Origin: Octopus bimaculoides
Lineage: Eukaryota
Assembly (NCBI RefSeq): GCF_001194135.2
Contig: NC_068982.1
Span: 25,028,483 to 25,080,092 of the forward strand
Length of the DNA: 51,610 nt
Direction of reading: 5' to 3'
The position numbers and the translations under genes were made by a program. This document shows positions 12,341 to 24,790 of the stretch, piece by piece (the stretch's first letter is position 1; every line of letters begins with the position of its first letter). Under the pieces are notes generated by a model. That model worked only from the letters and a program-made list of their open reading frames with translations, did no database searches and was not told the origin of the DNA.

Positions 12341-13294
12341 TACACATAACCTGAAAGAATTCCATTGAATTCTTCACTCGATATCACATGAAATGTTGCA
12401 TAAAAATGCTGACATAAAAGCTATGTTTTTCTTTCTCAATCTTCTTTTCCAGTTTTCTATTTTCTAGGCGAAGTAATTTTCCCCGTAGCCTGACTACGAA
12501 GACATAGTACCTTGCTTGAGATCATGTGGAAGATGGTGATAGGAAGAGCATCCCGCCGTAGGAAATCCGCCCGAACAAATTCTATTTGTCTCATGCAAAC
12601 ATGGAAAACTGACGTTAAAATGATGCTGATACATACATATATATCATGACCGTAATATTTGAATTTAGCAGATCGCAATATATGAAGAAGATATATCGAC
12701 GTATGGCTTATTATCGAAGCAGTAGACACATATGTCGCATAAGAGGGATACCAACTCATCAAAATTGCCAATTATAGATTTAATAGATATGTCTGCAGAT
12801 AAATCACATTTGTTCCAATCATGCTGAAATCTCTGGGAAATCCGAAACCGCCATAATTTATAAAAACTTATCTGTTTCAAATATTTTGCTATATGGGAAA
12901 AAATGTCAATGATTCCCATAACGACGGTGTAAATATAAACCACCCATTGTCAGAAAGGAAATTAATGCCACTGAACAATCAACCTGAATATGTATATACA
13001 TATGTGTGTGTATGTGGGTGGGTGTGTTAGTATGTGTTAGTGTGTGTTAGTGTGTGTGTATGTGTGTGCATTTATGTATATGTGCGTGCGTCTCTGTGTT
13101 TTTGTATCTGTTTGCGATTGTGAGTGTGTTTGTATCTATATTATGGAAAAAATAATATTGCACATATCACTTGTAAACCACTTGCATAATACCTGCGCGT
13201 TTATATATCACAGTAGATGCTTGTTTATGTGTGTGTGTGTGTATGTGCGTGCGTGTTTGCACACATATTAAAACATATATATATCATACATTAC

Positions 13295-13386
<92 letters not shown>

Positions 13387-13767
13387 GTATAAACATGTGT
13401 ATGTGCATTGCAAAGTATGATGCTGCGTATGAAAATCCCATACGTATTGGTAACTGACTTGTTTGGGAATGAGTATAATATACACATATGTAATAATATG
13501 CTTAGTTTTGTGTGTGTTCATTCAGATACGTATATATATTGCTCCTGTTTTGTCTAATGAGATTTAGTGTCCACGAAACAATCCAATAATATTTTAGCCT
13601 AAATTATGGAAACAATTTCTAACAGACTTTCATATATAAATGCAAATGTATATATACTTGTATAAAAGAATATACTCTAAACATTTATGTCTGTCTGAGA
13701 TCAACTGGACACAAGTTTTTCCAGTTGTCTGTGCGTCAATAAATGTGTATTAACATATATCTGTCTA

Positions 13768-13798
<31 letters not shown>

Positions 13799-14094
13799 TT
13801 ATTTATTTATTTATTTATTTATTACTCATTTATCTATCTATATATTCATATATATATATATATGTATNNNNNNNNNNNNNNNNNNNNNNNNNNNNNNNNN
13901 NNNNNNNNNNNNNNNNNNNNNNNNNNNNNNNNNNNNNNNNNNNNNNNNNNNNNNNNNNNNNNNNNNNNNNNNNNNNNNNNNNNNNNNNNNNNNNNNNNNN
14001 NNNNNNNNNNNNNNNNNNNNNNNNNNNNNNNNNNNNNNNNNNNNNNNNNNNNNNNNNNNNNNNNNNNNNNNNATATATATATATATACATATAC

Positions 14095-14141
<47 letters not shown>

Positions 14142-14146
14142 CACTG

Positions 14147-14279
14147 TAGCAGGTGTCGGTGTGTGGTTCCGGGTTCAGTCCCACTGCGTGACACATCGTA
14201 CGTATGTCTTCTACTATAGACTCGGGCCAACCAAACGTTGTGAGTAGATTCGGTAGGCGAAAACTGAAAGAAACCCGTC

Positions 14280-14280
<1 letters not shown>
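14147..14280 (+). mobile_element. SINE family A, 5' half only
   Basis: ggttccgggttcagtcccactgcg...cttctactatag...gagtagattcggtaggcgaaactgaaagaaacccgtc followed by a (TG)n tract. Confidence 0.8.
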
Positions 14281-14318
<38 letters not shown>

Positions 14319-14374
14319 TGCGTGTGTGTGTTTGTGTGTGTGTGTGTGTGTGTGCGCGCGTATACATACATATA

Positions 14375-14750
14375 TGCATTGCCAATAGAGACAGAGCAGT
14401 TTTCTACCCTAGATGTAGAGGCTTCATCATAGGAATTTCAACATCAACAGGGTATTTTGTATGTATGTATATGCGCAGTATTTGGAGAAAGTGCAGATTT
14501 GCATGATTTGCGTCATGCATATATTCTTATGCTTATAGTTGCATATCTAGACGTGCGCCTATATACTTAAATTATAAACTTTTGCCAAGTTTAACACATA
14601 CTTTTACAGTTCCAGCAATGGCTTGGATCTGCAGTTTCTGAATTAACTTTCTCCTTTCTGGTTTTGAGAAGCTTAATATCGCAAGATTGGTACTTAGCCA
14701 GTCTGTTACATATGACTGTGTTCCAATAATTGCAGGTATAAAACAGATCA
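14375..14750 (-). mobile_element. 3' end of an RLE-type (R4/Dong-like) non-LTR retrotransposon, with 3' UTR
   Basis: Minus translation FIPAIIGTQSYVTDWLSTNLAILSFSKPERRKLIQKLQIQAIAGTVKVC resembles the xPVIIGALG...LQ..A..GT.KI C-terminus of restriction-like endonuclease LINEs. The clade assignment is from recall. Confidence 0.65.
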
Positions 14751-15085
14751 CATATGTATGCGTGCATGTATATTTTTGTTCATTTGGTTGTGTGTGAATT
14801 CATGTGTATAAATAAATATGTATATCTTCTGACGGGTCTTTTTCACCCTGTGACTGTATTTTATTATTTATTAGGTTCTCAATGTTACCAGTTGTGTTCT
14901 TGAATGATATCCGTAATACACATACACTTTAACTTAATATTTTCGATGAAGTTAGCACATGTGTTATATGGGGACAGGCATGTCTAAGAAAAGACACATC
15001 GTTCTCTTTGCGTGTCGTAAAAAGTGTCTAAAAGGGAATGAGGTAGGACTTGAACTCCGACCTCGTTAGGTCCTTCCCACCGATG

Positions 15086-15148
<63 letters not shown>
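15086..15148. repeat. (TAC)n microsatellite
   Basis: Direct reading. Confidence 0.95.
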
Positions 15149-15149
<1 letters not shown>

Positions 15150-15230
15150 TAAGACATGCAGAAGTGCACAACTCAAACTGAAATGCTTCTGATATCAGAA
15201 GCATCTGATATCTACGAAATACATACTCAC

Positions 15231-15281
15231 CTTCATGTGAAGGTGATCCTTATGGACGCTGTCGTCGCGACTTGAATGTTA
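15231..15281 (-). other. Candidate 51 bp exon ending ATG AAG (possible 5' UTR/start exon)
   Basis: cactcacAG|TAACATT...CACATGAAG|GTGAGTAT. The donor is consensus and the acceptor modest. All three frames contain a stop, so it could code only from the final ATG. Confidence 0.2.
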
Positions 15282-15995
15282 CTGTGAGTGTATAGTTATC
15301 TTTATCACACGCAACCCCTGGAATTTTTTTCATTATGGTAGCTGGTATAACTTCCATATTCTACCTGTTGTCAGTGCCGTTGCAGGGTATGGACGGGAAA
15401 CCCTACTTAGCTTTCCGTTAATCTCATGGAAATGAAGACTAGCTGATCTATTCTCATGTCTCCGGAGTTGCGCCTAGGAGCAGTAATAACCATGATTAGC
15501 TGCATTTGATACAATATATATACCAGTTTTGCAGCAACATGGGAAAGAGATGGGGGTCTCTGCTGTAAATGACAGGACGCACAATCTTGTTGTAAGCACA
15601 TTCTCTAAACCACAATTCGCGGATCATTTTATTTTGTGTTTAGAAATATTGAGTTATAATGTATATGTTGTGACACACCCGAAAACCGGTTACCGAAAAT
15701 CACATCGGTGCTAATCACTTGCTTACATTCTGTTTGGAATTTGAGAGCAGGTAAGTTATTATGTCGTCGATGTCATCTTTTACGTCGATACCTTACTCTG
15801 CCGTTCTATATAATTTAGGATGTTTGTGTGTACATATGTCAAATACTGACTGAAGTTTGAACCCACTTCGTAACACATTGGATACACTCTACTTTCAAAT
15901 GAAAGATATTTTGTTCCATGTATCTGTCAGGGATATTCGTCAACTCCTCTATAAAAAGTAAACAAAAAACATTTTTATATCTTTGCTAATGCAGA

Positions 15996-16051
15996 GTTAA
16001 TATATATTTTCATGTAATATATATTTTCATGTTAATATATATTTTCATGTT
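15996..16051. repeat. 17-18 bp tandem repeat x3 (ttaatatatattttcatg)
   Basis: Direct reading. Confidence 0.85.
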
Positions 16052-17425
16052 CCACCTCTTGTTAGGAAGTTGGCCATATAATGTTCATTGTATTCCAATG
16101 CATTTGTTCTGTTAAAATATTTTATATTAACCTTCATTATGTTTAAAATTACACTTGCGAATGAGAGGGATTTATATGTCTATGAAACACTTTGACATTT
16201 TATATATGTGATGAGAATGATAATTTTACAGTAATACTGTTGTAGACTTTCAAGTATTCAAAAGAATACCAAAATTAAACATTTACATATAATGATCTTG
16301 CACAACGTCACCGGTACCTAACTCTTAAATCATCTACCTATGGTATATTCTCTTGCTGTAACAGTTGAATAGTTTCATTTCAGGCAACACATTCTGTTAT
16401 ATATAAAAGCAGATAACTAACTCGATTTTGGTGTGACTGTAGCACTTCTAAATACTATTTAAATCACAACGGCGCCATCTAAGACATAAAAGTCTCCAAG
16501 AACTTCAATTCAGCAATTCACCAATAAGAATCGAATTCCGCTATCAGGCACCACCAGGAAAATAACCTTGAAAACATTATCGAAAACAATAAAGAATTTG
16601 TGAATAGATAACTCCACAAATAATCCTCTTTGTGTCATCTTGACATTATAAAATAGCAGCTATATCAATTTCAAATTACAAATACCAATGTACATAATAT
16701 TTCTGGGCTTTCTGTATTTTGAAGAAAGAAAAATCAGGTTGGTGAGCGTTAGATTACATTTGATCGTGGTAATCTGTTCATTTATGGAATGCGTTTTGGT
16801 GCGGAGGTCAATCACAAAAAAAAAAAATCCAAGAATGGAAAAACAACATTACAAATTAGTTGAAATTAATTAAACTTTTAAGAAAAAGTCAGCCTTATAT
16901 AGAAACAGTATTCCCAAAATATACCATTTCAACAATGACATGGAAATAATACCAAATCTATTCAACAGGCTAATTACAATAACCTCAAAACTAAGATGAG
17001 AAAGACAAATACAATCGAAATTAAAGAACCGAAATAAACAGATTAATATCTGTTGTAGACAACTTTAAACGCATTTCAATGCTTTTTTAATTTTTTTTCT
17101 TTATCATTTAAAGACGAGGTTATGTTTCTCAGTCATAAAGCAGTGCTTTCTTGAAAGTTACAAGAATTCAAAGAAATTAAAGGAAAATATATGTGCATAT
17201 ATTTATAACATACACATATTAATGTACTTATGACATACCTTCAAAACATCAGCCATTTTAAAACCGCTACAAAAACATTGGTTCCGCAAAGAAGAGGAAC
17301 GATGGACAATTTAGCATAATGAGTTCCAACACCTCAACACGCAAAAGGACAAACGTATGTGTGTGTGTGTGTGTGTATGTATGAATATATGTATGTATGT
17401 ATGTATAAATATATTATGTATATGC

Positions 17426-17470
<45 letters not shown>

Positions 17471-17845
17471 TATCTATATACGTATATTCATGCATAAATA
17501 CGTATACATATTGTATGGAAATAGCTATATATGTACATAGAATATGTTTGTGTACTTGGATATATCACTGTATATAGGTATATTCATTTCACAAAACATA
17601 ACAACGATTACTGATATATTTATTAACGCTATGAATATGTACATATACTAGTAAATCAAATAACCGTAGGCTTGTAAAACAAAGTAAGCGTAGCTATTTC
17701 ACTAGAAATTTGTAACCCAAAATTATACATAAACTACGAAATGTGTCAGACACACACAGACACACACATACATACATACACACATACACACGCATATAAA
17801 TATACTCACGCATATATGTGTGCACTATTCAAAGTTCATTCTTAA

Positions 17846-17847
<2 letters not shown>

Positions 17848-17928
<81 letters not shown>
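17848..17928. repeat. (TA)n microsatellite
   Basis: Direct reading; one of many such tracts. Confidence 0.95.
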
Positions 17929-17937
<9 letters not shown>

Positions 17938-18366
17938 ATGCGTGTGTGTATGTTTGTATAATGTATGTATGTATATCAGTATGTATGTGCGTATGTATGT
18001 AAGTAGGTATGTGTAGGACATACGCACATAGAAAGAAACAGAGAAACCCGTGAGAGTGACTGAAAGAGAAAGATATTTAGCTTCTTTGCATCATTTTCTT
18101 TGTGTAACAAGAGAGTTATATTGATGTAGTTTGTGATTGAGTGACTTCCAAGTCAAGCATGGTTGACATCGTATGATTGATGTTTTATAGCTTTTGTGTA
18201 TATTTTGTGTGGATGTGTGCGTGTCTGTGTGTGCGTGTATGTGTGCTTTTTTTTGTTTGGAGTGTTTGCATTTATATTTTTCTTTTTCTGATATCTGGTA
18301 TATTTTGTTGCACATCTTACATCGGTGATAAGGTCATATTTCTCAACACACATTGCAATGGCTTAC

Positions 18367-18435
18367 TTTACTGTGAAGTAATAAAGCAGTCAGTAACGGT
18401 TTTTTGAGTTTCTTTGTGGCTAGCCATAGATTTTT
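18367..18435 (-). other. Candidate 69 bp exon (KNLWLATKKLKKPLLTALLLHSK in phase 0)
   Basis: Long pyrimidine tract ttttgttttgtttatttatttgctttcgtttcttcAG and donor AAA|GTAAGC; open in one frame; peptide not recognised. Confidence 0.25.
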
Positions 18436-19808
18436 CTGAAGAAACGAAAGCAAATAAATAAACAAAACAAAATTAAGTTCTTCTCTATACATTCTGAAAG
18501 AAAAAAAAGAAAAAGAAAAACCATTCTTTGTGAATGAATTAGAATCATAAATAAACAGTCACAAGTTCGTATTTCGTCTTTACTTGTCGGTTTTAACCTA
18601 GATATTTATATGTGATAGATTCCTATACGTCTTCTCTTGTGTTGTAATTATTGTAAACACTTCGGTTAAAGAGACAGTTGGAAAGAAGGTACTAGCTTCG
18701 CTAACTACAAATTACTCGTCATCATATCGTCATCATCATCATCATCATCATTATTAACGTGTCGTTATCGTTACTGCAGTTATAGTCATCGTCGTTATTT
18801 TCGTTATTATTTATAGCGATGGTCTCATTATATACATGATATATGTTATCATTAACGTCCAGCTGGCTGTCATCATTCTAAAGCTCTTATACTTAAAGCT
18901 AATATCTTAATTGCATTATTTGTATCTTCTCTTTGATGTAGCGCCACTTATCATAATCACTAAATAACTTTAAAATAATGTCTGATAGATCTTTGTCTCT
19001 ATTCAAATTACTATATTCCATCTATTATAAAAGTATGACCTCCAGCAGTCTCTATGAAACGTAGTGAAGAGGAGCGAATTCTCTATTTGTGTACTATCTT
19101 CTATACATCACCACAAACAAAAAGAACATGGTATAAAAAAATAACAATGAAAGAAAATTCCCCAAGTAGTGACCTCCTATGTCTACCCATGGAAACCCGA
19201 GAAAATCATAGTCAAAGAAGCACTGATGGTCTCCAACCTACGCTCTGTCAATTCAATAAGTGCATGGTGAAACTGTGCAGTTTTGCTAGCACCATATTCG
19301 GCGCACTCAAACAACTTTCAAAGAATTCGGTGGAAGGAAGCTATTCTTTCTCAAGCTTGATACACTTTTTTCAAAGAAAATTTGAGAAAATAGGTCATAG
19401 TTGGAAAGAAAAAGGGTGGGTATCTGTCTTCAGTCTTCGTTAGGGCTGTTTCTATTCATTTGTCTACTTAAGGCATTATCATTAATGCTTCTAATCCTGT
19501 TCTTGCGTTTACTGCTGCTGTTTTTGTTCTTACTGATTCTTTCCTTAAGTAGTCATCACTATAGCTATGGTGCTGTGAAGTAAGAGGATTTGAATGCGTG
19601 TGACGGTTTTAGTTTTAAATTCTCCCGCCCACTTGCCTCGCTCGGGTTTGCCGACATGGACGAAAGCGTGAAGCCATCTTGAAACTTTCGGTTTGATTTG
19701 AAAATATTTTCTTACCGTTTTCATCAAAATTATGCAACTAGTGAGGCGAAAGCAAATAGAGCGAAAGCAAAATAGATATACATGTATATGCATGTGTAAG
19801 TGTGTGTA

Positions 19809-19867
<59 letters not shown>

Positions 19868-19868
19868 C

Positions 19869-19948
<80 letters not shown>

Positions 19949-19966
19949 TCGACATACATACAAGGA

Positions 19967-20012
<46 letters not shown>
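19809..20012. repeat. (TCTA)n-(TA)n-(CA)n compound microsatellite
   Basis: Direct reading. Confidence 0.95.
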
Positions 20013-20013
<1 letters not shown>

Positions 20014-20027
20014 GCGCGCATATATAT

Positions 20028-20436
20028 ATTCTTTTATTCTTTTACTTGTCTCAGTCAATTGACTGCGGCTATCGTGAAACACCTCCTTTACTAGAGCAAA
20101 TCGACACCAGAACTTAATCTTTGTAAGCCTAGTACTTATTTTTTTGCCGAACCGCTAGGTTACGGGGATGTAAACACACCAGCATCGGTTGTCAAGTGTG
20201 GTGTGGGGACAAACAGATTCACAAACATATACACACACACACGAACACACACACACGTACACACACACGCAAACATATATACAAAGGCTTCTTTCAGTTT
20301 CCATCTACCGAATCCACTCACAAGGATTTGGCCAGCCCGAGGCTATTGTAGGAGACACTTACCCAAGGTGCAACGCAGTGGGACTGAACCTGGAACCATG
20401 TGCTTGGTAAGCAAGCTACTTATCACAGCCACTTCT
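20028..20436 (-). mobile_element. SINE family A, near full length
   Basis: Both halves plus an internal CA-rich tract; tRNA-like head with B-box-like GGTTCAGTCCC on the minus strand. Confidence 0.9.
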
Positions 20437-21132
20437 ATAATTATCTCAACAGATTTTCTATAGCAATTAGAGACAGCACTGAAAATAACGATGTAAACAA
20501 TGCGAACGAAAATATAGAAATAGGTTATGTGAATATATGCATATTTAGCAGTTATCTCTCCTTCTTCTGCACCACATGCAACCCACTGGCCATCAACGAA
20601 AATATTGCTTAAAGCGCACTAAATTTAGCCGAGTAACACAAATGGATATACAAATTTTTAGTATTAAACACGTTCCCGACAACTGGCACGTACTTATTAA
20701 TTGCACTGTATTTCGTTATGCAACCATAATATACTATCAACTATATTAAAGGATTAAAAGGCAATACAGTGTTAGCAGTAACATTGAATCACTTTTTAAA
20801 GTAATCTCTACAGAATTTCTATAAAGTTTGTGAAAGTAATGAAAGTATTTTGATAAAAAGTCGCAGACAAACATTTTTATCATACAGTTTTAACATACAG
20901 AAAACTTATTGTCTGCTGAAATACACTAATGAGACATCTTGTGCTTACAGGGATCGTATGCCAATTACCACAGAATACCAGCAGTCACACGCACATATAT
21001 GCTTATATACTCAGACAGATAAAGAGACATCCACCCAGAATGTTCTATCTTAGAAAACATAATGTAGCTTAATTTATTTCTTCCATTGTTCTAGCATGTT
21101 ATTTATATTCTAAATAAAATATTATATATATA

Positions 21133-21347
21133 TATCTGTAAATAATATGTGACAATTATTCGGTAGCCATGATAAAACTCCTAGTTTCGGATGCCGGGGT
21201 GGAAACCGTCGCCGCCATCTCTTTAGTTATCTGGCTATCGAATGGCCAGATAACTGAAGAGATGGCGGTGTGGGTTTCCACCCCGGCATCCGAAGCTTAG
21301 AATTTTATCATGGCTACCGAATAATTGTCACATATTATTTACAGATA
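21133..21347. mobile_element. Foldback/MITE-like palindrome with ~103 bp arms and a 9 nt loop
   Basis: tatctgtaaataatatgtgacaattattcggtagccatgataaaa...tatctggc pairs with gccagata...ttttatcatggctaccgaataattgtcacatattatttacagata with few mismatches; the left end sits in (TA)n. Confidence 0.8.
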
Positions 21348-23004
21348 AATTCCTCTAATTATATAATATCGATGTCTCTTTCTTTCTTTTGTTGTCGTAC
21401 CTTTACTATATATATATATATATATATATATATGAATATATGTATGCGTATGCGTATATGTATATATGTAGTAAATATAACAGACACACAAATATATACA
21501 AATGTGTATATGTATAAGTATACATGTGTATCCCTACTACAACAGTGAATATGCGGTTTATTATATATACATCAGAGATTTGTATATGACGCGTTGGAAT
21601 ATTATCCTTCCAAAATTTAATATTTTGTTTCCTGCCGTAGTGTAGATACTGTTGACATTGAAAGGAAGCATACTATAATAGGAGATAGGAATAGTAGTTA
21701 TTTTTTATAGAGACGTTACTTTTGTGTGCAAGACAAGGTTGGATCCAACCATAATATCAAATGGAGTTTACTAATTTTCATAAAAGTACTGAAACTCACG
21801 TATGGCGAATAATAAAATATATCATATAGCCAATAAATCTATGTATTGTTACATATTTACCTGTTTGCTGAAATTCCGTAGTAACTACGGTTTCTATCAT
21901 GCGTTCAAATTACATCCATACATATTTTCAGGACACTCCTATTGAAACAACTAGAATGAAAGGAGGATAACAAAGAAATAGTTTTTTTTTTATGGATATG
22001 ATTATACATTTTGTATTCTTCGAATGCTTCCTGACATGGTGGACCTCACCTAGAATTTGTCTCAACAAGCTTGAAGAGCACATTTTTTTTTTAATTAAGC
22101 AGTTGCACATGCAAGAAAACCTTCCATCCCCAGACCATGTGTCTCCTAAATATTATATTTACAAATAACATTGTTTTCTATGCATAGGGAAGCTTTAGAA
22201 AATGTCTCGTATACAGGCCCAATTAGAGAATCATTATACACTCTTTGTTATATAGCATTTACGTTGACTTTTGAGAAATGGAAGGGAAACTCGATGATAT
22301 AGTCAAACTAAGAACTTTTAAGAATATTTCTGTCTGTATTAGAAGGAGATTTTTGCAGGATATAAATACATCTGTTATGTTAGTGAAATAAGATTTGGGT
22401 AACAATCCTGTAGCATGCTATGTAAAGCTCGTCCGCATTATTTGCTACCGACTGTCATCGAATAGGGCGAATGGTCTTGCTACCAAACCTACATCAGGAA
22501 TTCTATAGTATCTGTAGAGGTTATTTAAATACGTACCTAATAGAAAATGGATTCGACGACATTCTTTATTTAAAATGACTATAATTGTTTCCACTCATCT
22601 TTACACCATTGTACATGGGTTGGATGATATAATTAACATATTGTGTATCTGTAATCAATATCATCCATTAAGGGTGTAAAATGTGTTCCTCCTGGTGACT
22701 ATTTGAAACAATCCGTCGTTAGATTATATTCTCCTTTCACTCGGTGTCAGAGGGAATAATCAAAGGTGTGTGTTATTTTCAGCTATTTGCAGACAAAACT
22801 AACCCCATAGATAGAGTGACAAACAAAACATAACTAAAATTCCCTAACTAATCCTCCTGCATCCTCCCTTGATGCTCTTGTATGTATTTATTACATGAAA
22901 TGTTTTTAGTTACCTTTACTTTTTCTAAACCGTATGATCTGCCTAAATCTTCCTCTCTGCACATATATAGCTTGGATTCAACCAGCGCCATTCTCTCAAT
23001 TTGG

Positions 23005-23760
23005 ATTTCTATTCGCATTCAGAGCAACCGTAGTTTCTAAACGTTTTTAGCTACATTTACTTTGGTCGCTCCGTTCATTCGGGCAATCACTGCATTGCAT
23101 AATAAATAAGACTTCTGCGATGCAGAGATCACATTTGTTGGTATAACCTTTGTGGCGGAGGTTATGGGTAACAATTAATCATTTTAAATTGTATAGAACT
23201 GAGTTTTGTTTTAGGTTATGAATGAGCCTACATAAAGAATTGATGTTAGTTTTCACTTGAGATTTAAAGCTAGAATAGTGGTTAACAACTCCGACCTTGA
23301 AGGTCGTGCTGCACGAGCTCATATATAAATATACGGAATCTTCCGTGGATACCGTAAATTTAAATACAATATTTTTGTGAGGCATCTATTTTTCAAGGTA
23401 CAGGAAATGGGACATCAACAGCTACATAAGATTCTAGAAGTTGCTAAAATGGAGTTCCCGAGATAATGATTATCTGGGAATTAACTTGGTCTTATATACA
23501 TTATCCACCGTGGCTATCAGATTGGTAATTTTTAGGGTGGTGAGGGAGTCGTCCGGCGTATCTAGTGATGTCATTACTATCATGGCTTATTTCGGTGGTG
23601 AGGTGTAGCCGGGTCACTAGGTTGGTTAACGGTTTGGGTGGAGTATTAGGATTAGGGCTGGCAGTGTGAGGTTCCGTGTTCGTGAGGAGGTTTAAGGATG
23701 TCCTAGGGTTATGACCGGGGTCTGTGAGTTAGAGAGTATTGTATTAGCGTGATTGAAGTT
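23005..23760 (-). mobile_element. Penelope-like element remnant (GIY-YIG endonuclease and upstream low-complexity linker)
   Basis: LCSC*CPISCTLKNRCLT/KNIVFKFTVST..YLYMSSCSTTFK..NHYSSFK..SLCRLIHNLK..YNLK*..KCDLCIAEVLFI..NERS..KC matches the PLE EN pattern (CxC..C..CL..NIVY..YIG..TFK..H..SF..L..W..C.LC..E); one frameshift and stops. Confidence 0.85.
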
Positions 23761-23783
23761 AAATAATTGCTGATTATTTAGTT

Positions 23784-23870
<87 letters not shown>

Positions 23871-24365
23871 TGTGTATATGTTTGCAGATGTATATACTTA
23901 GAAATTGATAAGGAGACACATATGAAATATAATTAACATTCATTTGAATTCGGTTCTTACATTGAAGCACCTTGTTAGGTCAAGCTAATTTGCACCCGGA
24001 TTGTTTCCACTGGATATTCTTGAAGTGTCTGCTGATAAATTGACCCAACTTATTGGAAAGATCCGCTCCTGGGTGTTCAGACATGTACTTTATATAAAAA
24101 TACAAAAACACTTGCTATAAAATTTCCGAATAGCAGATTCTTGTGTAAGTGAATAAAATATAAATGAGTAACAAAGATGTACAAATGTCAATTCATTACA
24201 GCCGTTTCAAGAAATTTGAAGACGTTTCATAAATGTAGTGTATAGATTATCCCGGTAAAATATTAACGGTTTCTTTGCAATGATTTAATGTCTTCATTAA
24301 TGAATTAAAGCAGTCGCTTGAAATGACCGTAATAAATTGACACTTGTGCATCTTTGTTACTCATT

Positions 24366-24399
<34 letters not shown>

Positions 24400-24654
24400 G
24401 GCGGACTGGCTAGGTTGCCAGCTTTCCCGATGTGTCATTAGAATCCATATGAGTATCTAATAATCCATGTTTGTATCTAAGGGGCCAATCCCCTCAAGTT
24501 TGAATTTTTTTAATTTACTCCTGGAAGAATGCATTAATTATTTCAGCCTGCCTGTGTTAGTAGACAGTTGAAAAGAATAGTTTTAGAAAAGAAAAAAAAT
24601 AATAAAACGATAGCTTTGTAGTTTAGTTTCTTTACGTCTCCTTAAAGCAATGGT

Positions 24655-24790
24655 TCAGCAATAAGAGGCCGATAAGTTAAATACCAGGTTTTAAAATAAG
24701 TTCTGGGGGTCGATTTTATTTTGGTTAACACCCTTTAAGTCGGTGCCCCAGGACGACAGCTATCAAGACTGAAACATGTAGAAGAGAAAG
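24655..24790 (+). mobile_element. SINE family A 3' fragment, degraded
   Basis: agaggccgataag...aataagttctgggggtcgatt...gactgaaacatgtagaag resembles 31820-31940. Confidence 0.55.

Noticed and set aside
14610-14735. Canonical-looking 126 bp plus-strand exon
   Set aside because: Stops in all three frames, and it is the antisense of the LINE remnant.
15407-15601. LQQDCASCH resembling the Tc1/mariner second-D motif
   Set aside because: No WPxxSPD motif or first-D region in any nearby frame.
8160-19260. Peptide LMVSNLRS shared between minus 8190 and plus 19225 with synonymous differences
   Set aside because: Flanks do not align and both frames have nearby stops; roughly one such 8-mer match is expected by chance in six frames of this length.
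19054-19443. 129 aa ORF
   Set aside because: No recognisable domain; length is within chance expectation for the window, and it may be a decayed repeat.
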